Assembly: GCA_041739485.1 (NCBI GenBank)
Contig: JBGSNV010000119.1
Location: forward strand, 778-64,777
Direction: 5' to 3'
DNA length: 64,000 nucleotides
Source: Chitinophagaceae bacterium
GTDB lineage: Bacteria > Bacteroidota > Bacteroidia > Chitinophagales > Chitinophagaceae
Each line of letters begins with the position of its first letter. The stretch's first letter is position 1. Positions 8,679-17,816 of the stretch are shown here, piece by piece. Position numbers and translations under genes: made by a program. The notes beneath the pieces were generated by a model. That model ran no database searches and had not been told where the DNA came from. It saw only the letters and a list, made by a program, of their open reading frames with translations.

Positions 8679-11600
8679 ACTATTTTAGGACTGGATTTGG
8701 GAACGAATTCCATTGGATGGGCGTTGATTTCTGAAAATGAAAATCACTTTGAATCAAAGATTAAACAAATAGGGGTGAGGGTTAACCCGCTTACCGTTGA
8801 TGAACAAATCAATTTTGAAAAGGGGAAACCTATAACAACTAATGCAAGCCGTACTTTAAAACGTGGTGCACGTCGTACTCTTGACCGATACCAATTGCGT
8901 CGCAAAAATCTTATTGAAGCATTAATAAGTGCTAATTTTATTAAAAAAGAGACAAAACTTTGCGAAGATGGAAAAAATACAACCTTTCAAACCTGGGAAC
9001 TAAGAGCAAAAGCAGCCTCGGAACAAATTGGGTTGGAGCAATTAGCAAGAGTTTTTTTGGCAATCAATAAAAAACGGGGCTATAAAAGCAGTAGAAAAGC
9101 CAAAAATGAAGATGAAGGAAAGGCAGTCGATGGAATGGACGTTGCAAAGAAGCTTTATGAAGAAAATTTAACACCCGGGCAATGGGTATTTAGCCATTTG
9201 AAGAATGGAAAAAAAATCATACCGGATTTTTATCGTTCAGATTTACAGGCTGAATTTGATATTATCTGGAATTTTCAAAAACAATTTCATCCAGAGATAC
9301 TTACAAACGAATTTTACTCGCTATTAAAAGGGAAAGGGCAAAAAGCCACTTCGGCATTATTTTGGACTACATACAATTTTAATACTGCCGACATAAAGGA
9401 ACTGGAATTAGGCTTGAAAAACGAAACTACAACCAAATTGCATATACGCGACCAAAAGAAATTACAAGGATATAAATGGCGAAGTGAGGCAACAAATAAA
9501 CAATTAACAAAAGAACAGGTAGCGTATGTAATTACTGAAATAAACAACAACCTGAACAATTCCAGCGGTTATTTAGGCGCTATTTCTGACAGAAGCAAGG
9601 AGCTTTATTTCAACAAAGAAACGGTTGGTCAATACTTGTATAAACAACTCCAAAACAATCCGCATACCTCACTCAAAAATCAAGTGTTTTACCGACAGGA
9701 TTATTTGGATGAATTTGAAGCCATTTGGACTACTCAATCCAAATTTCACCCCCAACTTACCGGAGAATTGAAAGAAGAAATAAGGGATATCATTATTTTC
9801 TATCAAAGGAAACTAAAATCACAAAAGGATCTGATAAGTTTTTGCGAATTTGAAAGCAAGGAAATAGAAGTTGATGGCAAAAAAAAGACTGTTGGTCTAA
9901 GGGTTGCTCCCAGGGCTTCTCCTTTATTTCAGGAATTTAAAATTTGGCAAAACCTAAATAATGTACTAGTAAAGAAGGCAGGAAGTAAAAAAAGAGTTGC
10001 AAAAAAAGACAATCAAATTTCCCTATTTGAAGAAGAAAAAGACATTTTTGAACTTAATCTGGAAGCAAAGCAACAAATATTCGAAGAACTGAACCTAAAA
10101 GGAAATTTAAGTGCATCTAAGATCATTGAGCTTCTTGGCTATAAAACCAAAGATTGGGAAATCAATTTTACGCAATTAGAAGGCAACAAAACCAATCAGA
10201 CCCTTTATAATGCATATTTGAAAATTTTAGAAATAGAAGGATACGACGAAGAATTACTAAAACTTTCAGATAAAGACGAAATCGATATTGCTGATTTAAA
10301 AACCCCTTCTGCAGAAATAAAATTAATGGTTAAGGCCATATTTGAAGTTTTAAAAATTGATACTGCCATTCTGGATTTTGATGCAGAGTTAGATGGTAAA
10401 GATTTTGAAAATCAGGCCTCTTACAGGTTGTGGCATTTATTATATGCAGCCGAAGATGATTCCCAAAAGTATTGCGATGAAGACAAATTAATTTTCGGCC
10501 TTGAAAATATTAGCTTAAAAAAACAACTCTGCAGCAAGTTTGGTTTCAAGCCGGAACATGCCAAAATACTTGCTAATCTTCGTTTTCAGGATGACTATGG
10601 AAGTCTTTCTACTAAAGCTATGCGGAAGATAATAACTCACCTAAAAGAAGGGTTTCCCTATGCCGGAAGAAAAGACAGACCAAATGAGCCAAGTGCTTGT
10701 GAACTTGCAGCTTACCGCCATTCCAAACATTCCTTAACTAAGGATGAGATACAGTACAAAAACCTGAAACCCAGACTGGATTTACTTGGAAAGAATAGTC
10801 TTAGAAATCCTGTTGTAGAAAAAATACTAAATCAGATGGTAAATGTGATAAACACCATTATTGATAAAGAGAATGACCAATTAGAGAAGGAAGGGAAGGA
10901 TAAAAATTTCCATTTTGATGAAATTCGTATTGAATTGGCAAGAGAATTAAAGAAAAATGCAACAGAAAGGGCAGAAATGACGACCAATGTCAATGCAGCG
11001 AAAATTAAACATGAAAAAATTGAAAAACTACTCCAAACAGAATTTGGACTTGCGAACCCTACGCGAAATGATATCATACGATATAAATTATACGAAGAAC
11101 TAAAGAATAACGGATATAAAGATTTATATACAGACACCTATATACCCAGGGAAATATTATTTAGTAAACAAATCGATATCGAGCATATTATTCCTCAATC
11201 AAGAATGTTTGATGATAGCTTTTCCAATAAAACGGTAGTATTCAGAAAGGATAATTTGGATAAAGGTAACAAAACCGCATTGGACTATATTGAATCAAAG
11301 TTTGGGGAGCAAGCTCTAAAAGGATATTTAGAAAGAGTTGAAAATCTATTCAATCTGGGAAAGAAAAACAAAGAGGAAGGAATTTCTAAGGCTAAATATC
11401 AAAAATTATTGAAGAAAGCATCTGAAATTGGTGATGGGTTTATTGAACGCGACTTACGCGAAAGCCAATATATTGCAAAAAAAGCCAAAGAAATATTATT
11501 GGGAATTACTCGCTCTGTGGTCAGTACTTCGGGAAGTATTACAGATAAACTGCGTGAGGATTGGGGTCTTATAAATATTATGAAAGAACTTAACCTGCCT

Positions 11601-13076
11601 AAATACAGGGCTTTAGGGTTGACAGAAATAGAAGAACGCAAATACGGACAAAAGGTGGAAATAATCAAAGACTGGACAAAAAGAAATGACCACCGCCACC
11701 ATGCTATGGATGCCCTTACCGTTGCATTTACAAAACATTCCCACATTCAGTATTTAAACTACTTAAATGCAAGAAAGGATGAAGGACATAAAATGCACAA
11801 CAACATTATCGCCATTGAAGCCAAAGAAACAGAAATTAAAACGGATGATAATGGTGATAAAAAGCGGGTATTCAAAGAGCCAATTCCAAATTTTCGACAA
11901 ATAGCCAAGGAACATTTGGAACATGTGCTGGTCTCTCACAAGGCAAAAAACAAAGTCGTAACCAGGAACAATAACAAAATAGCCGGAATGGTTAAGCCTC
12001 AAGCCACCCTTACACCGCGAGGCCAACTTCATAAAGAAACTGTTTATGGGCGTTATCAATATTACATAAGTAAAGAGGAAAAAGTCGGGACTAAATTTGA
12101 TATAGATACCATTCTTAAAGTTTCAAATCATCTTTACCGGGAATTACTTTTGCATCGACTGAAGGAAAATGGGAACGATCCTTTAAAAGCATTTGGTGGA
12201 AAAAATGCTTTAAGCAAATCCCCCATTTTCCTTGACCCCGAAAAATCAAAAACCCTTCCAGAAAAGGTAAAATTGGTATGGCTGGAAGAAGATTATTCTA
12301 TTCGAAAGGATATCACCCCTGAAAACTTTAAAGATGAGAAAACAATTGAAAAAATATTGGACGAAGGCATTAAACGCAAACTGATTTCCCGATTACAAGA
12401 ATATAAGGGTGATTCGAAAAAAGCATTTTCCGATCTGGAAAAAAATCCAATATGGCTGAATGAAGCCAAAGGCATAGCAATCAAGAGAGTAACAATCAGT
12501 GGTATAAAAAATGCCGAGGCCCTGCACTATAAGAAAGACCATTTTGGCAATGAAATTTTGAATAAAAATGGAGATAAAATTCCTTCCGATTATGTAAGCA
12601 CCGGCAGCAACCATCATGTCGCCATTTACAAGGATAAAAACGGGAACCTTCAGGAAAAGGTTGTTTCCTTTTATGAAGCAGTGGCAAGGGTCAATCAGGG
12701 TTTATCCGCAGTTGATAAATCATTCAATGCTCATGAAGGTTGGCAGTTTCTTTTCACCATGAAACAAAATGAACTTTTTGTATTTCCAAATGAAAAGACT
12801 GGTTTCAACCCTTTAGAAATTGATTTATTAGAACCAAAGAATAAAAAACTAATTAGCCCAAATTTGTTTAGAGTTCAAACATTGTCAATTGTGAAATATG
12901 GAAATAACACTGTACGTGATTTTAAATTTAGAAATCATTTAGAGACAACCGTAGAGGATAAAAAAGAACTTCAAACTATTACCTTTCAGAATTTAAAGAG
13001 CCTATTACCATTAAAAAAAATAATAAAAGTCCGAACAAATCACCTAGGAGAAATTATTTCAGTGGGTGAGTATTAA
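8670..13076 (+). CDS. cas9: Type II-C CRISPR endonuclease Cas9 (large Bacteroidetes type)
   Basis: RuvC-I ILGLDLGTNSIGWA, Arg-rich bridge helix, RuvC-II IRIELARE, HNH IDIEHIIPQS...NK...N...GN and RuvC-III HHAMDA; all catalytic residues are present. Confidence 0.99.
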   Translation: MNKTILGLDLGTNSIGWALISENENHFESKIKQIGVRVNPLTVDEQINFEKGKPITTNASRTLKRGARRTLDRYQLRRKNLIEALISANFIKKETKLCEDGKNTTFQTWELRAKAASEQIGLEQLARVFLAINKKRGYKSSRKAKNEDEGKAVDGMDVAKKLYEENLTPGQWVFSHLKNGKKIIPDFYRSDLQAEFDIIWNFQKQFHPEILTNEFYSLLKGKGQKATSALFWTTYNFNTADIKELELGLKNETTTKLHIRDQKKLQGYKWRSEATNKQLTKEQVAYVITEINNNLNNSSGYLGAISDRSKELYFNKETVGQYLYKQLQNNPHTSLKNQVFYRQDYLDEFEAIWTTQSKFHPQLTGELKEEIRDIIIFYQRKLKSQKDLISFCEFESKEIEVDGKKKTVGLRVAPRASPLFQEFKIWQNLNNVLVKKAGSKKRVAKKDNQISLFEEEKDIFELNLEAKQQIFEELNLKGNLSASKIIELLGYKTKDWEINFTQLEGNKTNQTLYNAYLKILEIEGYDEELLKLSDKDEIDIADLKTPSAEIKLMVKAIFEVLKIDTAILDFDAELDGKDFENQASYRLWHLLYAAEDDSQKYCDEDKLIFGLENISLKKQLCSKFGFKPEHAKILANLRFQDDYGSLSTKAMRKIITHLKEGFPYAGRKDRPNEPSACELAAYRHSKHSLTKDEIQYKNLKPRLDLLGKNSLRNPVVEKILNQMVNVINTIIDKENDQLEKEGKDKNFHFDEIRIELARELKKNATERAEMTTNVNAAKIKHEKIEKLLQTEFGLANPTRNDIIRYKLYEELKNNGYKDLYTDTYIPREILFSKQIDIEHIIPQSRMFDDSFSNKTVVFRKDNLDKGNKTALDYIESKFGEQALKGYLERVENLFNLGKKNKEEGISKAKYQKLLKKASEIGDGFIERDLRESQYIAKKAKEILLGITRSVVSTSGSITDKLREDWGLINIMKELNLPKYRALGLTEIEERKYGQKVEIIKDWTKRNDHRHHAMDALTVAFTKHSHIQYLNYLNARKDEGHKMHNNIIAIEAKETEIKTDDNGDKKRVFKEPIPNFRQIAKEHLEHVLVSHKAKNKVVTRNNNKIAGMVKPQATLTPRGQLHKETVYGRYQYYISKEEKVGTKFDIDTILKVSNHLYRELLLHRLKENGNDPLKAFGGKNALSKSPIFLDPEKSKTLPEKVKLVWLEEDYSIRKDITPENFKDEKTIEKILDEGIKRKLISRLQEYKGDSKKAFSDLEKNPIWLNEAKGIAIKRVTISGIKNAEALHYKKDHFGNEILNKNGDKIPSDYVSTGSNHHVAIYKDKNGNLQEKVVSFYEAVARVNQGLSAVDKSFNAHEGWQFLFTMKQNELFVFPNEKTGFNPLEIDLLEPKNKKLISPNLFRVQTLSIVKYGNNTVRDFKFRNHLETTVEDKKELQTITFQNLKSLLPLKKIIKVRTNHLGEIISVGEY

Positions 13077-13083
13077 AAAAACT

Positions 13084-13983
13084 ATGATCAAGCGCACCCT
13101 ACATTTCGGCAATCCCGCTTACCTCAAAACCACCAATGACCAATTGGTGGTTGAACGGCCGGATTTACCTAAACATACGGTACCGATAGAAGATATTGGG
13201 TTAGTAATACTAGACCATCAACAAATCACCATCAGTCAGGCCTTGATGGCCAAATTGCTCGCTAACAATGTAGCACTCATCACCTGCAATCAAACCCACC
13301 ACCCGGTGGGTTTATTGTTGAATCTCGACGGGCATAGCCTGCAAAGCCAACGGTTTCAGGCACAATTAAATAGCAGTGTACCGCTGCGCAAGCAATTGTG
13401 GCAGCAAACCGTGGAAGCCAAAATCCGGAATCAATCTGCCGCCCTTGCACAGCGCAGGATCGAAAACAAATACCTTGAAAGCCTCGCCAAAAAGGTAAAA
13501 AGCGGGGATGCCGGCAATCAGGAAGCAAAGGCCGCGATCTATTACTGGAGCCGCTTTTTCCCCGAAAACCTGCAGTTTACCCGACACCGGGAAGGAGCAC
13601 CTCCCAATAATCTGCTCAACTATGGCTATGCCATTGTGCGGGCAATGGTGGCAAGGGCTTTGGTGGGTAGCGGACTGCTGCCGGTGATGGGTATTCATCA
13701 CCGCAATCAGTATAATGCCTATTGCCTTGCCGACGATATTATGGAACCTTACCGCCCCTATGTGGATTTATTGGTGTATCAGATGGTACGCAATCATGGT
13801 TCTTTTCTTGAACTTACACCTAATATGAAGAAACAGTTTCTCGAATTACCGGTAATGGATGTTTGGATAGACGGACAGCAAAGTCCTATGATGGTGGCGA
13901 TAAACCGAACCACGGCAAGCCTTGCCAAATGCTTTGAAGGCATGAGTAGAAAAATATTATACCCGGTGATCTCTGTTAACTGA
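13084..13983 (+). CDS. cas1: CRISPR-associated endonuclease Cas1 (type II)
   Basis: Probable start MIKRTLHFGNPAYL at 13084; motifs EAKAAIYYW, PNNLLNYGYAI, GIHHRNQYNAYCLADDIMEPYRP. Confidence 0.98.
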   Translation: MIKRTLHFGNPAYLKTTNDQLVVERPDLPKHTVPIEDIGLVILDHQQITISQALMAKLLANNVALITCNQTHHPVGLLLNLDGHSLQSQRFQAQLNSSVPLRKQLWQQTVEAKIRNQSAALAQRRIENKYLESLAKKVKSGDAGNQEAKAAIYYWSRFFPENLQFTRHREGAPPNNLLNYGYAIVRAMVARALVGSGLLPVMGIHHRNQYNAYCLADDIMEPYRPYVDLLVYQMVRNHGSFLELTPNMKKQFLELPVMDVWIDGQQSPMMVAINRTTASLAKCFEGMSRKILYPVISVN

Positions 13984-13997
13984 AAAAACAGGTATGA

Positions 13998-14372
<375 letters not shown>

Positions 14373-14541
14373 GGAATATCCCGGTTTTCGCCGCTATTGT
14401 CTTGACTGGGATTATAAAGGATGACCCGATTGCCGGGATTTTGATAAGGTGTTTTTGACATTATGGGGCATGCAGTTTCTTTGTGATTGGATTTTTGTAA
14501 ATTCGAAATAATATTTTTCACCAAAAACAACCGGACAAAAA

Positions 14542-14958
14542 ATGCAGGATCATTCGCAATACAAACATGCAGCGCTTACGCACGCCATTATTGGGGCGTG
14601 CATGGAAGTGCATACTATTTTGGGTAGTGGTTTTCAGGAAGTGATGTACCAACGGGCGCTATCTATCGAAATGAAGCTTAGGGGGATAGAACACAGCCGG
14701 GAGCATGAGATGGAGGTTTTTTACAAAAATCATCATATCGGCGACCGCCGGGTTGACTTTTTTGTAGATGGAAAAGTGATGGTAGAACTAAAAGCCGTAT
14801 CTCAAATGACTGATGACCACCTTGCCCAAGGCTTAAACTACCTCGAAGCTTACAACCTTGAGACTGGCCTGCTCATCAATTTCGGCGCAAGAAGTCTTCA
14901 GTATAAAAGGCTATTGAATAAAAAATTTAAGCCACCCAAAAATGATACAGCAAAATAG
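14542..14958 (+). CDS. GxxExxY protein (PD-(D/E)XK nuclease-like)
   Basis: Motifs LGSGFQEVMY (GxxExxY), RVDFFVDGKVMVELKA, QGLNYL and GLLINFG; 138 aa. Confidence 0.92.
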   Translation: MQDHSQYKHAALTHAIIGACMEVHTILGSGFQEVMYQRALSIEMKLRGIEHSREHEMEVFYKNHHIGDRRVDFFVDGKVMVELKAVSQMTDDHLAQGLNYLEAYNLETGLLINFGARSLQYKRLLNKKFKPPKNDTAK

Positions 14959-15094
14959 AAATCCTGAATGCCTTAAAATCCTGCTTTAAACTGTCCTGCT
15001 TAGCAGGCAAATTATATCCAAAGAAATTTCTATCAGGCAAAAAAACAACAGAAAATCCGGGGCATCCCTAAATCCATAACATCCGGGTAAAGAC

Positions 15095-15133
15095 AAAAAA
15101 ATCCGCACGGTCAAAGATTCCGGCGGATTTTTT
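15095..15133. terminator. Probable bidirectional intrinsic terminator between the cas/GxxExxY genes and the array
   Basis: Inverted repeat aaaaaaatccgc ... gcggatttttt with A and T tails on either side. Confidence 0.55.
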
Positions 15134-15229
15134 CTGGAGAAGCACAACCAACCTCAATCATCGACCTTTGATTTTTAAATCCTAAAAAACGAATGAAACC
15201 CTTATCCGTATTGACTTACAGCGAAACCT

Positions 15230-15353
15230 GTTGGTCGATATCAAAAGTAGTTCAAAGAACGAAAGCAAATCACAACGCGTTGAATCTTGCAGATAATGCC
15301 GACGCTGTTGGTCGATATCAAAAGTAGTTCAATGAACTATAACAAATTACAAC
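15230..15353 (-). CRISPR. CRISPR mini-array: two 47-nt repeats and one 30-nt spacer
   Basis: R1 15230-15276 (reverse complement GTTGTGATTTGCTTTCGTTCTTTGAACTACTTTTGATATCGACCAAC); spacer 15277-15306; R2 15307-15353 with 5 mismatches. The repeat pairs with the tracr anti-repeat. The boundary could extend 2 nt (shared CT). Confidence 0.92.
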
Positions 15354-15594
15354 AAAACCCATTTCCTAAAAATTTCCTAAAACCCCATTCCACCCTTCTT
15401 ATTTTCAAAAAGGCAAATTATTTTGTTTAAGCAAACGATGCCCCATGCAGGAAGCCTGATTTACAAAACGCCCACACATTCATTACCTAAGTGAATCAAC
15501 CATTTAAACAAACAGTAAACCATGAAATTACCCCCCACCCATGGACCCCCGGTCCTAAAAATCTCTGCCGGATCATGCAATACCGGATCGAAGT

Positions 15595-15724
15595 ACTATG
15601 ATGGCTCCCTGCCAACGGCAGGAAGGAAAAATAGTTACTATGATGGCTCGCTGCCAACGGCGCGAACAAAAAATAGTTGCTATAACGGCTGCTGCCATCG
15701 GCGCGAACAAAAAATAGTTGCTAT
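15595..15724. repeat. 42-bp tandem repeat, about 3 copies
   Basis: actatgatggctc(c/g)ctgccaacggc...aaaaatagtt at 15595, 15637 and 15679 (third copy 41 bp, more diverged). Confidence 0.9.
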
Positions 15725-15804
15725 TTCTCCTGTTTTGCATTTTGGCGGATTTTCTGTCCCTTCTTAACATCCATTTTTCCCGAAACTATATAAATCAATC
15801 TATT

Positions 15805-16551
15805 ATGATTAAGAGTATCGTGCTCCAACCCCTCCGCAACGGAGAATTCATCCAGTTTTTAACTGATTTTCTGGTGATTGTCGATAAAAACAACCCCGAC
15901 AATCTTCAGGTGCGTCCGGCTTTTGAGGCCCTGAAATCCCTGACCGACGACATGGAAAACCTGTTCAAAATCAGTCAGGCAAGCATCATTACCCGCGATA
16001 TTGAGGGGCTTGATGAACGCCGCGACCGGGCTGTAAACGGCATCAGTACTGTTGCCACCGGCTTCGCCTACAGTTTCGACCCCGTGGTGTCAAGGCATGC
16101 CCGAACCCTCGAAGCACATTTCAAATTGTTTGGTAGCGGTATTGCCAAAGACAACTATCAGAGCCAAACAACGAGTATCCGCAATATCCTCGACGATTGG
16201 GAAACGAAGCAACCGCTGAAAGAGGCCATCACTGCCCTCAACCTTGATAGCTGGAAGGCTGAACTACAGGCTGCCAATGAAGATTTTTATACAGCCTACA
16301 CTTCCAGAAATGAAGAATTGGCCTCCTCCAATCCCGACAACCTGAAAGGAAAACGCCTGGCATCCAATGCGGCCTATTACAAACTCCGCGACAGACTGAA
16401 TGCCCATTTCGAAATAAACGACGGTGCTGAACCCTGGGCAAGAACGATTAGCCTTGCCAACCAAAGTATTGACAATTACAATGCCTTGCTGGCAAGAAGA
16501 GGCCCTGATACACCCGCAGTAGTGGAACCACCCCTGGCGGAAGCTTCCTGA
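15805..16551 (+). CDS. DUF6261-like hypothetical protein (helical, Bacteroidetes)
   Basis: Probable start MIKSIVLQPLRNGEFIQF; motifs DERRDRAV, W..EL..AN..F...Y..R and AYYKL...LNA typical of this family as I recall it. Confidence 0.7.
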   Translation: MIKSIVLQPLRNGEFIQFLTDFLVIVDKNNPDNLQVRPAFEALKSLTDDMENLFKISQASIITRDIEGLDERRDRAVNGISTVATGFAYSFDPVVSRHARTLEAHFKLFGSGIAKDNYQSQTTSIRNILDDWETKQPLKEAITALNLDSWKAELQAANEDFYTAYTSRNEELASSNPDNLKGKRLASNAAYYKLRDRLNAHFEINDGAEPWARTISLANQSIDNYNALLARRGPDTPAVVEPPLAEAS

Positions 16552-16575
16552 TGACAATGCGTAAAAAGGTTACCT

Positions 16576-16615
16576 AAAAAAACTCCGGACTGATTTCAGG
16601 TTCCGGAGTTTTTTT
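16576..16615 (+). terminator. Intrinsic terminator (likely bidirectional)
   Basis: aaaaaaactccgga...tccggagttttttt directly after the DUF6261-like gene. Confidence 0.75.
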
Positions 16616-16632
16616 GTGTGCAGGTATTGCAA

Positions 16633-16822
16633 TGAGGTGGTGCGGGAGAAACGCACCATGGCAGGGGGGAACCCAAGGGCAGTGAGGTGGTGCGAAAAGG
16701 CGGTGCGGGAGACACGCACCATGGCGGGGCAATTTATGCGTGATGGTGTTGTGACGAGCCGGTGCTGGAGATATAAAAGGTGGCGAGGATGCCCGGGGAT
16801 GTTACAACACGCACCATGGAGG
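16633..16822. repeat. GC-rich degenerate repeats containing GGTGCG...CGCACC hairpins
   Basis: ggtgcgggagaaacgcaccatggc at about 16639, ggtgcgggagacacgcaccatggc at about 16702, and a partial acacgcaccatgg at about 16807. Confidence 0.7.
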
Positions 16823-16953
16823 GGAGTTAAGCAGTTTAACTTTTTTAAAGTATATGCCTGCTCAATATTGTAAATTTGAATCCTAAGCAAATAATTTCTA
16901 ACTAACCATGAAATATCCCCGCCTCCCTTTCTTTAGATTTCTATCTATTCAAC

Positions 16954-17196
16954 TCAAATGTTCAGTAATCTTTTGGCTTTTTCAATCAGCTCGTCGGGGG
17001 TATCGCGTTTTGCAAAATAGGCACTAATGGCCACCATAATTTCGGGGGTGGCAAGTCCGTGGCGAATAGCAATACTGATTGTTTCCGTATTCACGCCTAT
17101 TTCTGTAGCAATTTGCGAGGTATCGCTTTTGCGTTTTCTACTTCTCCAATTCGCCAACAATTCGGGTGGCACTTCTTTTTTAAATCTATTCCCCAT
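16954..17196 (-). CDS. Small Cro/XRE-like helix-turn-helix protein
   Basis: 80 aa with an HTH-like segment TSQIATEIGVNTETISIAIRHG. Confidence 0.6.
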   Translation of the reverse strand: MGNRFKKEVPPELLANWRSRKRKSDTSQIATEIGVNTETISIAIRHGLATPEIMVAISAYFAKRDTPDELIEKAKRLLNI

Positions 17197-17816
17197 AATC
17201 CTTTCAGATTTTACTATTTATAAAGAAAGCTACATTGATTTCAATATAACTTTTTCTGTCCAAAAAAATAGCCCCTTTTCGTCAACCAAAAGTGTATCCC
17301 GGCAATCGTTTTTTCATCATTATGTGCCCGGTAAAAAGGAAATATCAAGGATTTCTGGCAAGGCTGACTGAACAAATCAAGGTTAAGATCTACTCAATTA
17401 AAATTCAAAAATCGCACATTTTCGTTCTCTCTTCTTTAAGCTTTAAGATGCGATAACACCAAATACAACCTAAAAAAGCGGATGAAAAATCAATTATAAT
17501 TCAATATTATTCTTCAATACAAAGACTTATGAAAAATAGTTCCCTTGTGTGTTCATTTTTTCAATGATTCCGGAATTCGTAAGGAGCCTTAATCTAAGTA
17601 ATCTATTGGACTGCAATCAATTATCAGTAACGAAAATAAAAAAATTGCTTAACTATCTATAAAATATCTGTTAATGCTATCACATAAATCGATCCAATTG
17701 ATCCCCAAAAAGTAAGATTTTCCCGATTCTGTAAATCGCCTCCCTTTTTTTTGCCCATCCTATACAATAATTCACCGGATTTGCTTCCCTTTGCACAAAA
17801 AAAGGAATTAAGTACC

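Noticed and set aside
14542-14958. Calling the gene cas4 and the locus type II-B
   Set aside because: It has no four-Cys Fe-S motif and does have a clear GxxExxY signature; Cas9 and the repeat are II-C-like.
15595-15724. 42-bp repeats as a continuation of the CRISPR array
   Set aside because: They are head-to-tail with no spacers and are unrelated to the 47-nt repeat.
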